64,000 nt of DNA from a bacterium. GTDB taxonomy: Bacteria; Oederibacteriota; CAKKQC01. Shown here piece after piece: positions 1-8,995 of the stretch. A model generated the notes under the pieces. The model made no database searches, was not told the DNA's origin, and was given only the letters and a program-made list of their open reading frames with translations. Both the position numbers and the translations under genes were made by a program. Numbering within the stretch: position 1 is the stretch's first letter; each line of letters begins with the position of its first letter. The stretch is taken from contig CAKKQC010000002.1 in the NCBI GenBank assembly GCA_919901855.1, forward strand, positions 40,296 to 104,295. Reading direction: 5' to 3'.

Positions 1-1551
1 CCCCCGCCGACTCCGACGGGGCCGACGGACGGCGTGGCGGGGGCAACCTACACCTACACGACGACCGGATCGACGACCAGCCTGGGGCACACCGTCGAGT
101 ACAAGTTCGACTGGGGGGACGGGACCTACTCGAGCTGGTCCACGAGCATGGACGCGTCGCACTCGTGGAGTGCGGCCTCCACCTACGTGGTGAAGGTTCA
201 GGCGCGGTGCCAGTCGGACACGGGGGTCTTGTCGTCATGGTCCGGAGGGGTGACGATGGTTCTCGAGACCGTGAGCATCCCGACCCCGCCGACGGGCACG
301 GCGAGCGGGAGTTACGGAACGAGCTACGGCTACACCACAGGCGGTTCGACGAGCAACCTGGGCCACACGGTCGAATACCGGTTCGACTGGGGGACCGGCA
401 CGAATTCGACGTGGTCGACGTCCACGACCGTGTCCTATACCTTTACCGCCGCGGGCAGCTACACGGTGAAAGCGCAGGCGCGGTGCCAGGCAGACACGAC
501 CGTGGTGTCGTCCTGGTCCGGCGGGATGGGCGTGGTCATGGGCGTACCCAGCGGGACGATCACGACGATCGCGGGGGACGGATCGCCGGGAACCGGGTGC
601 GAGAGTTGCGCGGCCGAGACCGCCCAGTTCAACGGTCCGTGCGGGGTGGCCGTGGACACGGCGGGCAACATCTACGTCGCGGACACCAACAACCACCGCA
701 TTCGGAAGATCACGTCGGGCGGCGTCGTGACCACCATTGCCGGAGTCAGCGGCTCCTCCGGGTTCGGCGGGGACAGCGGAGCCGGGACCTCGGCGTACCT
801 GAACCAGCCCTGGGCGGTCACGTGGAACTCGTCCGCCAATGTTCTCTATATCGCCGACACGGGGAACCACCGGATCCGGATGCTCAACCTGGGCAACGGG
901 ATCATCAATACGGTCGTGAACGGCACTCCCGGCACCGCGGGCTATAACGGGGACGGCGGCAACGCCTACTCGGCACAGCTGTTCCAGCCGATGGGTGTGT
1001 GGTACGACGCAGGCGCCAGCAACCTCTACATCGGGGACACCATGAACTCCCGGCTCCGCATGGTGAACAACTCGAACATCATCAGTACGGTGGGGGGGAA
1101 CGGTACGTATGGTTGCAGCACCTCTGCCCTGGGAGGGCCCGCAGGCGTGACTCTCAAGTCCGGCAACCTGTACGTCGCCGACGAGGCCTACAACGTCGTG
1201 CGGCTCGTGTCGGGGGGGACGGGCAATCTGTTCGCGGGCAGTTGCGTCAGTGCCGGGTACAACGGCGACGGTATCGCGGCCACCTCGGCGTGGCTGAACA
1301 TGCCCATCGGCGTGGCGGTCAACGGCTCCGGTGCCGTGTTCATCGGGGACATGCTCAACCATCGTGTCCGCAAAGTGGCGGGCGGCACCATCACCACCGT
1401 TGCCGGGACGGGTACGGCGGGGTACAACGGTGACAACCAACTCGGAACGGCGGCTCAAGTGTACGATCCCGCGGGAGTGGCCGTCGCCACGGACGGAACG
1501 CTCTACATCGCGGACCGGTACAACCACCGGATCCGGAAGGTGACGCCGTAG
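1..1551 (+). CDS. Secreted PKD-like/NHL-repeat protein, 5'-partial (paralog of next gene)
   Basis: Frame is open from nt 1 (upstream residues PPPTPTGPTDGVAGATYTYTT continue the repeat). Two ~95-aa repeats with GHTVEY(K/R)FDWGDGTYSSWS...ARCQ (PKD-like WxFGDG-type motif), followed by about six NHL repeats (NHRIRKIT, YIADTGNHRIRM etc.). Stop at 1549-1551. Confidence 0.85.
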   Translation, partial: PPPTPTGPTDGVAGATYTYTTTGSTTSLGHTVEYKFDWGDGTYSSWSTSMDASHSWSAASTYVVKVQARCQSDTGVLSSWSGGVTMVLETVSIPTPPTGTASGSYGTSYGYTTGGSTSNLGHTVEYRFDWGTGTNSTWSTSTTVSYTFTAAGSYTVKAQARCQADTTVVSSWSGGMGVVMGVPSGTITTIAGDGSPGTGCESCAAETAQFNGPCGVAVDTAGNIYVADTNNHRIRKITSGGVVTTIAGVSGSSGFGGDSGAGTSAYLNQPWAVTWNSSANVLYIADTGNHRIRMLNLGNGIINTVVNGTPGTAGYNGDGGNAYSAQLFQPMGVWYDAGASNLYIGDTMNSRLRMVNNSNIISTVGGNGTYGCSTSALGGPAGVTLKSGNLYVADEAYNVVRLVSGGTGNLFAGSCVSAGYNGDGIAATSAWLNMPIGVAVNGSGAVFIGDMLNHRVRKVAGGTITTVAGTGTAGYNGDNQLGTAAQVYDPAGVAVATDGTLYIADRYNHRIRKVTP

Positions 1552-1558
1552 GCCGGTC

Positions 1559-4114
1559 ATGATGCGGCCCGGCCTGACGAAGTGGGCAGTCTGTGCCGCA
1601 GCCGGCGGTCTGCTCGCTGCCAGCGCGGTCTGGTCCGCCGGGTTCAGTATCGGCATGACCGGGGCCGTGCGGCCGAAGCCGAAGGGGGCCGGCAACGGCG
1701 CGGAGACGGTCAGCACGCCGGGCAGGCCCAGCGGGACGGCGAGCGGTCTGTCGGGACACGACTACGGCTACAGCACCGGCGGATCCGCGAGCAGCAAGGG
1801 GCACCCGGTCGAATACCGGTTCAACTGGGGCGACGGCGTGTACTCATCCTGGTCGGTCTCGACGGGCGCGTCGCACACGTGGGCGGCGGACGGGGCATAC
1901 GCGGTGACGGTCGAGGCCCGGTGCCAGGCCCACCCCGATGTCACGGCGGCGCCGTCGGACAGCCTGGGCGTCACCATGGCCACCGAGACGATCGGCGTGC
2001 CGAACATGCCGGCCGGGGCGACGACCGGGGGAGCGAACAGCAACTATTCCTATAACGTGGGCGGTGCTATCAGCAACCTGGGGCATCCGTTGGACTACCG
2101 GTTGAGCTGGGGAGATGGGACGTATTCCTCCTGGACGGGAGCCGGCAGCGCCTCGCACTCCTGGACCTCCACGGGTTCCTACGCGGTGACGGCGGAGGCC
2201 CGGTGCCGGACGGATACATGGGTCGCGTCGGCGGCATCCGGCGCCCTCGCCGTGTCGATCATCGACGAGACCGTGAGCGTGCCGAACAACCCGACCGGGC
2301 CGGCGTCGGGCGTGCCCGGGACCAGCTACTCCTACAACACTGGGGGGGCAACCAGCAACCTGGGTCACACGGTCCAGTACCGGTTCAACTGGGCGGACGG
2401 CAGCTACTCGACCTGGTCCACGGGCACGAGCGCGGCTCACACGTGGAGTTCGGGGGGGAGCTACGCGGTGACGGCGGAGGCCCGGTGCCAGACGCACACG
2501 AGTGTGGCGTCGGTGTCCGGGGGATCGCTGGCTGTGACCGTGGAGACCGTGAGCACGCCGGACACGCCCACGGGGACGACGGGAGGGGTGGCCGGGACGA
2601 GCTACACCTACAACACGGGTGGTTCGACCAGTACCATCGGGCACAGTGTGGAGTACCGGTTCGATTGGGGGGACGGGACCTATTCGAGCTGGTCCACGGG
2701 AACCAGCGCGTCGCACTCCTGGAGCCCGGCTTCAACGTACACGGTGAAGGCGCAGGCGAGGTGCCAGGCGGACACGGGGGTGGTGTCGTCCTGGTCAACC
2801 GGGCTGACCGTTGTCCTCGAAATCGTGGGGACGCCCGGCACGCCGACGGGAACCACGAGCGGGAACGGCGGGACCAGCTACGCTTACAACACGAGCGGTT
2901 CGACCAGCAATCTGGGCCACACGCTCGAGTACCGGTTCGACTGGGGGGATGGTGCCTACACGGGCTGGTCCACGGGAGCCACCGCCTCGCACTCGTGGAT
3001 CTCCGCATCGACGTTCACGGTGATGGTGCAGGCGCGGTGCCAGGCGGATACGGCGGTGGTGTCGTCCTGGTCGGGCGGGCTGGGCGTGGTCATCACGATC
3101 CCGAGCGGGACAAACGTGCCGGTCGCCGGGGATGGGACGTCCGGCAGCGGCGGGGATGGGGGCGCGGCGACGGCCGCGCAGCTCAACCATCCGCGCGGCG
3201 TCGCCGTGGATTCCTCCGGCAACGTCTACATCGCGGATACGGACAACAACCGCATCCGGAAGGTGACACCCGGCGGGATCATCAGCACCGTTGCCGGGAC
3301 GGGGGCGGCCGGTGGTACCGGGGACGGGGGCCTTGCCACGCTGGCGACGCTGAGCGGGCCGTGGGGAGTGTCGTGGAACGCGACGGGACCGGTCCTCTAC
3401 GTCGCGGACACGGGCAACAACAGGGTGCGGAAGATCGACCTCTCGTCGGGCTACATCTACGCCTTCGCGGGAACCGGGACGGCCGGCGGCGGCGGGGACG
3501 GGGGTTCGGCCACCACTGCGCAATTGAACAGCCCCATGGCTGTCCTCTGGGAGGCGGGAGGCAGCAATCTCTATATCGCGGACATCAACAACTTCCGTGT
3601 TCGCAAAGTGAACAACTCGAACGTCATCAGCACGGTGGCTGGCAGCGGGACCATCGGCGATACCGGGGACGGCGGTTCGGCGATCGTGGCGCAGTTGATG
3701 GGCCCGGCTGGGCTGGCTTGGTCGGGGACCAGCCTCTACGTCGTCGACGCGGCGAACCGGGTGCGGAGAGTGTCCGGTGGGAACATCTATGCCGTTGCGG
3801 GAGTCAGTGTCACGAACGGGTACAACGGCGATGGGATCACGGCGACGACGGCTTGGCTCAACTCGCCGGTCGGGGTGGCGGTCGACGGCTCGGGCGTCGT
3901 CTACATAGGGGACCAGATCAACCACCGGGTCCGTAAGGTGGATGCGGGGACCATCTACACGCGGGCCGGCACGGGGACGTCCGGGTACAACGGCGATTTC
4001 CTGGCGGCGACATCCACGAACCTCTACAATCCGTCCGGCCTTGCCCTGGACGGCGCGGGGAATCTGTACATCGCGGACACGAACAACAACCGTATCAGGA
4101 AGGTCACGCCGTGA
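1559..4114 (+). CDS. Secreted giant repeat protein: six PKD-like ~95-aa repeats plus about six NHL repeats
   Basis: ATG 1559 follows the previous stop by 7 nt. N-terminal signal-like hydrophobic segment (WAVCAAAGGLLAASAVWSAG). Six repeats of GxSYxYNTGGxTSNLGHxVEYRFxWGDGxYSxWSTGxSAxHxW...Y.V.A.ARCQ, then NHL repeats (NNRIRKVTP, GNNRVRKID, NNFRVRKVN, NHRVRKVD). 851 aa. Confidence 0.9.
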   Translation: MMRPGLTKWAVCAAAGGLLAASAVWSAGFSIGMTGAVRPKPKGAGNGAETVSTPGRPSGTASGLSGHDYGYSTGGSASSKGHPVEYRFNWGDGVYSSWSVSTGASHTWAADGAYAVTVEARCQAHPDVTAAPSDSLGVTMATETIGVPNMPAGATTGGANSNYSYNVGGAISNLGHPLDYRLSWGDGTYSSWTGAGSASHSWTSTGSYAVTAEARCRTDTWVASAASGALAVSIIDETVSVPNNPTGPASGVPGTSYSYNTGGATSNLGHTVQYRFNWADGSYSTWSTGTSAAHTWSSGGSYAVTAEARCQTHTSVASVSGGSLAVTVETVSTPDTPTGTTGGVAGTSYTYNTGGSTSTIGHSVEYRFDWGDGTYSSWSTGTSASHSWSPASTYTVKAQARCQADTGVVSSWSTGLTVVLEIVGTPGTPTGTTSGNGGTSYAYNTSGSTSNLGHTLEYRFDWGDGAYTGWSTGATASHSWISASTFTVMVQARCQADTAVVSSWSGGLGVVITIPSGTNVPVAGDGTSGSGGDGGAATAAQLNHPRGVAVDSSGNVYIADTDNNRIRKVTPGGIISTVAGTGAAGGTGDGGLATLATLSGPWGVSWNATGPVLYVADTGNNRVRKIDLSSGYIYAFAGTGTAGGGGDGGSATTAQLNSPMAVLWEAGGSNLYIADINNFRVRKVNNSNVISTVAGSGTIGDTGDGGSAIVAQLMGPAGLAWSGTSLYVVDAANRVRRVSGGNIYAVAGVSVTNGYNGDGITATTAWLNSPVGVAVDGSGVVYIGDQINHRVRKVDAGTIYTRAGTGTSGYNGDFLAATSTNLYNPSGLALDGAGNLYIADTNNNRIRKVTP

Positions 4115-4163
4115 TGCTCGCGGTCGCGGAAGTGGTGGACCGGACCGGGGAACCGAAAGGAGA

Positions 4164-4559
4164 ATGAAGGTGAGGAGAATGCACATTCCGCTATTGGCCG
4201 GGGTGGTTGTTCTGTCCGGGTGCGGGTCGACGATGGACTACATGCTCATGCGGCCCAGCGCGGAGCTTCCGGGCCCGATGCAGACGACGGTCCAACTGAC
4301 GACTTCGGGGAAGGCGGACTTGCAGTACGAGGTCCTGGGAATGGGAACGGGGAGCTCGTCGGGGTTCGTCTTCCTGATGGGGATAATCGGTAACGATGCC
4401 GATGTCAGCAAGGCCTACGACGACGCGGTGCGGAGCCTCAACGGGGACTTCCTGATCAACGCCAACAAGCAGGTCAAGAAGTCGGGATTCTTCGCCCCTC
4501 TCCTGTTCGGCTCCTACACCGTGAAGGTCACGGGATTGGTGGCGAAGATCAGGAGGTAG
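4164..4559 (+). CDS. Small lipoprotein (hypothetical)
   Basis: ATG 4164 is preceded by RBS-like aaaggagaa. N-terminus MKVRRMHIPLLAGVVVLSGCGST is a signal peptide with lipobox LSGC. The longer upstream reading frame from 3942 is Arg/Thr-rich junk. Confidence 0.6.
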   Translation: MKVRRMHIPLLAGVVVLSGCGSTMDYMLMRPSAELPGPMQTTVQLTTSGKADLQYEVLGMGTGSSSGFVFLMGIIGNDADVSKAYDDAVRSLNGDFLINANKQVKKSGFFAPLLFGSYTVKVTGLVAKIRR

Positions 4560-4630
4560 GCTGGATGCGCAAAGGAAGCAGCCGAGACGTCGATGAACGG
4601 CGGTTGAGCAGTCGGCAAGCTCGGGGTTCC

Positions 4631-4993
4631 TCAGGCGGCCATCAGGGCGACCTTGGGGGAGAGCTTGAGCCGGCGGCGCTTGAGGTCCACCGACGCCCCC
4701 AGGAGCTCCAGGGTTGCGGCTCCGAGGAGGATGTCGCCTCCCGGCGCAATCAGCACCGTGCTGGGCGTCTCGCGTCCATCGAGCCGGATGAAGGCGGTGG
4801 ATACCGGCATCCGGGTCGTGCGGCCGCCGGCGAGGCGGACCGGCACCGTCCTGCCGGGCGTGATCCCGACGTGGCGCGCAAGGTCGCGCGGGATGACCGT
4901 GAGCGACGCCCCGGTATCCACCCGCGCGTTCCGCTTCTCCACCCGGCGCCCGCGGCTTGAGCGGATGGCGACCATGACTCGAATCAAGCCCAT
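4631..4993 (-). CDS. Retropepsin-like (clan AA) aspartyl protease, ~120 aa
   Basis: Minus-strand ORF. The C-terminal 120 aa contain VDTGASLTVIP (D-T/S-G-A active-site motif) and ILLGAATLELLGASVDL. ATG on minus at 4991-4993. The upstream 128 aa of the 248-aa ORF look like spurious high-GC extension. Confidence 0.6.
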   Translation of the reverse strand: MGLIRVMVAIRSSRGRRVEKRNARVDTGASLTVIPRDLARHVGITPGRTVPVRLAGGRTTRMPVSTAFIRLDGRETPSTVLIAPGGDILLGAATLELLGASVDLKRRRLKLSPKVALMAA

Positions 4994-5062
4994 GACGAGT
5001 TCAGTATAGCGGTCCCGGCGGGGTTGACGGCCGCGGGGTCCGGGGCGTAGCCTCAAAGCTCG

Positions 5063-6940
5063 ATGACACCACAACACTGGAGCATCAAGAAGACCCGGGG
5101 CGTCCACTGGCTGGTCTCGCCGGAAGGCCGCCGCATGATCTACACCTCGGTCCAGTGCGTGGGGCCGAAGCACGGGAGCAAGGTCGCGGGCGCGCCCGCG
5201 TACGACGGGATCGCCTCTGCGGGCGGCACGCTCCTCGGCTGGGTCGAGAAGACCGAATCCCGGCTCAAGGCGTGGGGCCTCAAGGGCCTCGGCGCGTGGA
5301 ACCACCGACTCTGGCGCTACCGCGACGTCCCCTACACCGAGTGCCTCAATATCTGGAAGTCGCTCAACGACTCGCACGGGCTCAAGGGCATCTTCGACGC
5401 CGACTGGGCGACCCAGGCCGAGAATCTCATCCGGCCGCAGATCGAGGAGCTCCGCGACGCGCCGTCGCTCGTGGGCTGGTTCCTCGACAACGAGATCCCG
5501 TGGGGGCTCTGGTGGTTCGACGCGTACTTCAACGACCGCAAGCCCGGGGACCTAAACCGCCGCGCCGTCCTCGCGTTCCTGCATCGCCGGTACCGGACGA
5601 TCGGGCGGCTCAACGCCGCGTGGGGGACGTCGATCCGGAGCTGGGCCGATCTCGCGTCCCGGCGCAAGCTCCCGGCGCCGCAGGACGAGGCGCGCCGCGA
5701 CCGCGTCGCCTTCCTCTCGATCGTCGCCCGGAAGTTCTTCTCGACCACGTGCCGGATCGTGCGATCGTGCGACGCCCACCGGCCGATCCTCGGGGTCCGG
5801 TACGCCGGGTTCCCGCTTCCCGTCGTCGTGGCGGCCCAGAAGGGACACACGGACGTGGTCTCGGTCAACCTCTACATCGCCGAAGGCGTCTTCCCGGTGG
5901 AGGAGGCGACCCGCGCCCACCGGCTCTCGGGCGGCCAGCCCGTCTGGGTGACCGAGTTCTCGTGGCACGCCCCGTGGGACAACCGGAGCGGCGACCGGAA
6001 CACGATCGGGTTCGGCTCCCGCGTCCGCCTCCAGTCGTCGCGCGGCCGCGCCTACGAGCGGTTCGTGACCGGCGGAGCGTCGCTCCCGTTCGTGATCGGG
6101 TTCGACTGGTTCCAGTGGTGCGACGAGTCGCCCAAGGGGCGCGGCGGGGACGGCGAGGACGTGAACTTCGGTCTCGTGGACATCCACGACCGCCCCTACG
6201 AGGGCCTGGTGGCCCGGATCGCCAGGGCGAACCGGGCCCTCGAGCGCGTGCACGCGCGGTCGGGGAGCTGGAAGCTCCGGGTTCCGAAGACGGACCCGCT
6301 CCCGTTCTTCGCGGCTCCGCCGCTACACGCACTTCCGGCGTCCGCCGGAAGGGCGGCGGTCCCTCTGGGGACCGGGGGGGCCGAGCTGCGGGGCCTCCGG
6401 TTCCGGCCGAGCCCGGATCCCGCGCCGAAGACGATCCCGGTCCGGGCTTCCGTGGGCTGGTCGCCGCGCGAGCTCCGGGTCGTCGTCGATGTCCGGGACG
6501 CGGTCCGGACGGTCGAGACCGCGAAGCCCAGGCGCTCGATCGAGTGGTTCTGGATGACGGATGCCGTCGAGCTCCTCCTGCGCACGGGGACCGAGGACGC
6601 CGAGGCCCTCGACGCGAAGTCGGTCAAGATCTGGGCCGTGCCCGACGGCGAAGGCCGAGGCCGGCCGTACGTGGGCGCGATCCGGAACCACGTCCGGGTG
6701 GCCGGGGCGGCGTCGGGCGCGCGCGTCCGGCAGTCGCGGATTCCGGGCGGGTACCGGATGGAGTTCCGGGTGGCCGCGGCGACGCTCCAGCCGGGGCCGT
6801 TCCGGCCGTTCCAGGTCCTGCGGTTCAACCTCCTCGTCGAGGACTGCGAGAAGGTGCTCGAGGTCTGCTGGAGCTCGCACCAGGGCGAGTGGACGACCGA
6901 GAAGCCGAAGACGTGGGGACGGCTCGCGCTCGTCCCTTGA
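5063..6940 (+). CDS. Putative glycoside hydrolase (TIM-barrel-like) with C-terminal CBM9/DOMON-like sugar-binding domain
   Basis: 625 aa. W/Y-rich N-terminal catalytic region with GWFLDNEIPWGLWW (NE acid/base-like motif) and VWVTEFSW. The C-terminal ~230 aa (EWFWMTDAVELLL...RFNLLVEDCE...GEWTTEKPKTWGRLAL) resemble CBM9-like modules. Family assignment is tentative. Confidence 0.55.
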   Translation: MTPQHWSIKKTRGVHWLVSPEGRRMIYTSVQCVGPKHGSKVAGAPAYDGIASAGGTLLGWVEKTESRLKAWGLKGLGAWNHRLWRYRDVPYTECLNIWKSLNDSHGLKGIFDADWATQAENLIRPQIEELRDAPSLVGWFLDNEIPWGLWWFDAYFNDRKPGDLNRRAVLAFLHRRYRTIGRLNAAWGTSIRSWADLASRRKLPAPQDEARRDRVAFLSIVARKFFSTTCRIVRSCDAHRPILGVRYAGFPLPVVVAAQKGHTDVVSVNLYIAEGVFPVEEATRAHRLSGGQPVWVTEFSWHAPWDNRSGDRNTIGFGSRVRLQSSRGRAYERFVTGGASLPFVIGFDWFQWCDESPKGRGGDGEDVNFGLVDIHDRPYEGLVARIARANRALERVHARSGSWKLRVPKTDPLPFFAAPPLHALPASAGRAAVPLGTGGAELRGLRFRPSPDPAPKTIPVRASVGWSPRELRVVVDVRDAVRTVETAKPRRSIEWFWMTDAVELLLRTGTEDAEALDAKSVKIWAVPDGEGRGRPYVGAIRNHVRVAGAASGARVRQSRIPGGYRMEFRVAAATLQPGPFRPFQVLRFNLLVEDCEKVLEVCWSSHQGEWTTEKPKTWGRLALVP

Positions 6941-6956
6941 GCCTCCGGTCCACCGC

Positions 6957-7985
6957 ATGAACTTCATCGCCGCCAGCATGGGCAGCTATCCCCGCATCGG
7001 GGACGCGCCCGGGCAGCAGAGGCTGCTGGAGGTAGCCGCCTCTCCCGGGCGGCTCGAGCTGGAGGCGGGCCGGCTCGACGAGATCCAGCAGGAGGTCATC
7101 CGCGACGTCCTGGCCGAACAGGCGAAGGCCGGGCTCGACGCGTTGTCGGACGGCCAGGTCCGGTGGGCCGATCCGGTTTCGCACCTGATGGGAAAACTCG
7201 CCAACGTGACGCCCGGGGCCCTGCTCCGGTACTTCGACACCCCCCTCCACTTCCGCCGGCCGGTCGTGTCGGGGCCGATCGCGATGCGCGATTCTTCGCT
7301 GGCCGCCGACGAGGTCAAGTGGACCGTGGCCGTGAGCGCTCGTCCGGTCGCGGTCACGCTCCCCGGGCCCCTGACGCTCTCGCGCCTCGCGATCCTGCGG
7401 GGCCCTTCGTACGCGTCGCCGGACGCGCTCATGGACGCGCTCGTGCCGCTCCTGGCCGACGAGGTCGCGCGGCTCGCAGCCGCCGGGGCGTGGGCCATCG
7501 TGATCGAGGAGCCGTGGCTGCTCCGCGAGCCCGACGCATTCCCGCGGCTCAACGACGCGCTCGAGGTGATCGCGGCCCGCCGGGGCGCCTCCCGCCTCTG
7601 GGTGTTCCCATCGTTCGGCGACGCCGGGGCGCTGTACGACCGGCTGCAGGCCCTGCCCGTGGACGGTATCGTGCTCGACCTGACCCGGGGGACCGGCGCG
7701 GCGGAGGCGGTGACGTCCGCCGGCAGCCGGCTCGCGATCCTGCTCGGGATCGCGGATGTCCGGACGACGGAACTCGAGACGCCGGGCCAACTGGCGAAGA
7801 CGGCCGCCGCCCTGCTGCGGAACGTCCGGGCGCCGCTGGCCGGCCTCGTGCCCTCGGGCGGGCTCGAGGCCCTGCCCCGCGACCGGGCCTTCGCCAAGTG
7901 CCGGGTGCTCGCGAAAGCCCGGGATCTCCTTTCCGGGAAGGGCCGGGGCCGCAAGCGGCCGGGGCCGCGCGGGGCGGGGCGGTAG
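6957..7985 (+). CDS. Cobalamin-independent methionine synthase (MetE) N-terminal-domain-like protein (split MetE, part 1)
   Basis: ATG 6957 lies 17 nt after the previous stop. MGSYPRIGD...W..Q..AGLDALSDGQVRW.DPV parallels the MetE Meth_synt_1 start (GFPRIG...AGID.IP.DFS.YD). No His/Cys zinc ligands. 342 aa. Confidence 0.7.
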   Translation: MNFIAASMGSYPRIGDAPGQQRLLEVAASPGRLELEAGRLDEIQQEVIRDVLAEQAKAGLDALSDGQVRWADPVSHLMGKLANVTPGALLRYFDTPLHFRRPVVSGPIAMRDSSLAADEVKWTVAVSARPVAVTLPGPLTLSRLAILRGPSYASPDALMDALVPLLADEVARLAAAGAWAIVIEEPWLLREPDAFPRLNDALEVIAARRGASRLWVFPSFGDAGALYDRLQALPVDGIVLDLTRGTGAAEAVTSAGSRLAILLGIADVRTTELETPGQLAKTAAALLRNVRAPLAGLVPSGGLEALPRDRAFAKCRVLAKARDLLSGKGRGRKRPGPRGAGR

Positions 7986-7990
7986 GCGCC

Positions 7991-8995
7991 GTGTCGCGCC
8001 CGAAGCTCCAGCAACTCGGGGTCGACGTGCCCATCCTGCCGGCCACGACGGTCGGGAGCGCGCCGGAGACGCCCGAGCTCGCCGCCACGAGAACGGCCGC
8101 CGCGCGCGGAGAGCTTGACGCCGGGCAGTTGGCCGCGAAGCGGCAGGAGGCGGTCGCCGGCTGGATCGCGACGCAGGAATCACTTGGCCTCGACATCCTC
8201 ACCGACGGCGAGCCGGGCCGCGGCGACGGCGTCGGCTGGTTCACCGCGCACCTGAAGGGGTTCAAGCCCGGCGGCCTCGTCCGCACGCGGGGGAACCGGT
8301 TCGTCCTGCGGCCCGTGCTCGCGGGCGAGGTGCGGTGGACGGCGCCGGTCACGGTGGCGCTGTGGTCCCACGCGCAGGGCCTGACGCAGAAGCCGGTCAA
8401 GGCCACGCTCCCGGGGCCGTACTCGCTCCTGGCGGCGTCCTGCAACGAGCGGTACCCGACGCGGCAGGTCGCGTGCCGGGCGCTGGCGCGCGAGATCCGC
8501 CGGGAGGCCGACGCGCTCGTCAAGGCCGGGTGTCGCATCCTCCAGCTCGACGAGCCCGCGCTCGGGAGCCGTGCCGATGAGCTCGAGCTCGCGAGCGACG
8601 CGATCCGGATCGTGACGCGGGATCTCGCGGCCTACGTCGTCGTGCACGTCTGCTACGCCGACCTCGGGACCCTGTGGCCCGCCCTGCTCGACCTGCCCGC
8701 GGACAACCTGGACCTCGAGATGGTGAACGGCGACTTCGCCGTGCCCCGATCTCCGGCGAAAGCCGCGTGCCCGAAGGATGTCTCGATCGGCGTCATCGAC
8801 GTCCTCAGTGCGAAGGCGGACACACCCGAGACCATGCTGCGGCGGGTGAAGAAGGCGCTTGCGGTGCTCAAGCCCGAGCAAGTCTGGATCGATCCCGACT
8901 GCGGGCTTAGGAGCCGGACCCCGGACGAAGCAGTCACCCAGCTCACGGCGATGGTGGCCGCCGCCCGGGAAGCGAGGAGAGGGCGCGGTGGCTGA
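7991..8995 (+). CDS. metE: MetE C-terminal catalytic-domain protein (split MetE, part 2; URO-D-like methyltransferase)
   Basis: GTG 7991 lies 6 nt after the part-1 stop. PATTVGSAPETPEL...LGLDILTDGEPGRGDGVGWF matches the Meth_synt_2 start. Zinc ligands are conserved: HVCYAD (His-x-Cys) and DPDCGL (Cys). 334 aa. Confidence 0.75.
   Translation: MSRPKLQQLGVDVPILPATTVGSAPETPELAATRTAAARGELDAGQLAAKRQEAVAGWIATQESLGLDILTDGEPGRGDGVGWFTAHLKGFKPGGLVRTRGNRFVLRPVLAGEVRWTAPVTVALWSHAQGLTQKPVKATLPGPYSLLAASCNERYPTRQVACRALAREIRREADALVKAGCRILQLDEPALGSRADELELASDAIRIVTRDLAAYVVVHVCYADLGTLWPALLDLPADNLDLEMVNGDFAVPRSPAKAACPKDVSIGVIDVLSAKADTPETMLRRVKKALAVLKPEQVWIDPDCGLRSRTPDEAVTQLTAMVAAAREARRGRGG

Noticed and set aside
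165-4186. Long Arg/Gly/Pro-rich ORFs overlapping the PKD/NHL genes in other frames and on the opposite strand (165..947, 235..1716, 999..1433, 1582..2055, 1844..2716, 2203..3936, 2385..3008, 2795..4186)
   Set aside because: Amino-acid composition is dominated by R, G, P and A with few K/I/F/Y and no recognisable motifs. They are frame-shifted or antisense shadows of clearly real genes in ~70% GC DNA.
5155-8538. Overlapping ORFs 5155..6960, 5332..5868, 5552..6253, 5865..6332, 6196..6828, 6323..6979, 6825..8183, 6986..8014, 7549..8538 and the N-terminal parts of 6561..7985 and 7163..8995
   Set aside because: Arg/Pro-rich junk overlapping the glycoside hydrolase and split MetE genes. The true MetE starts were placed where the homology begins.
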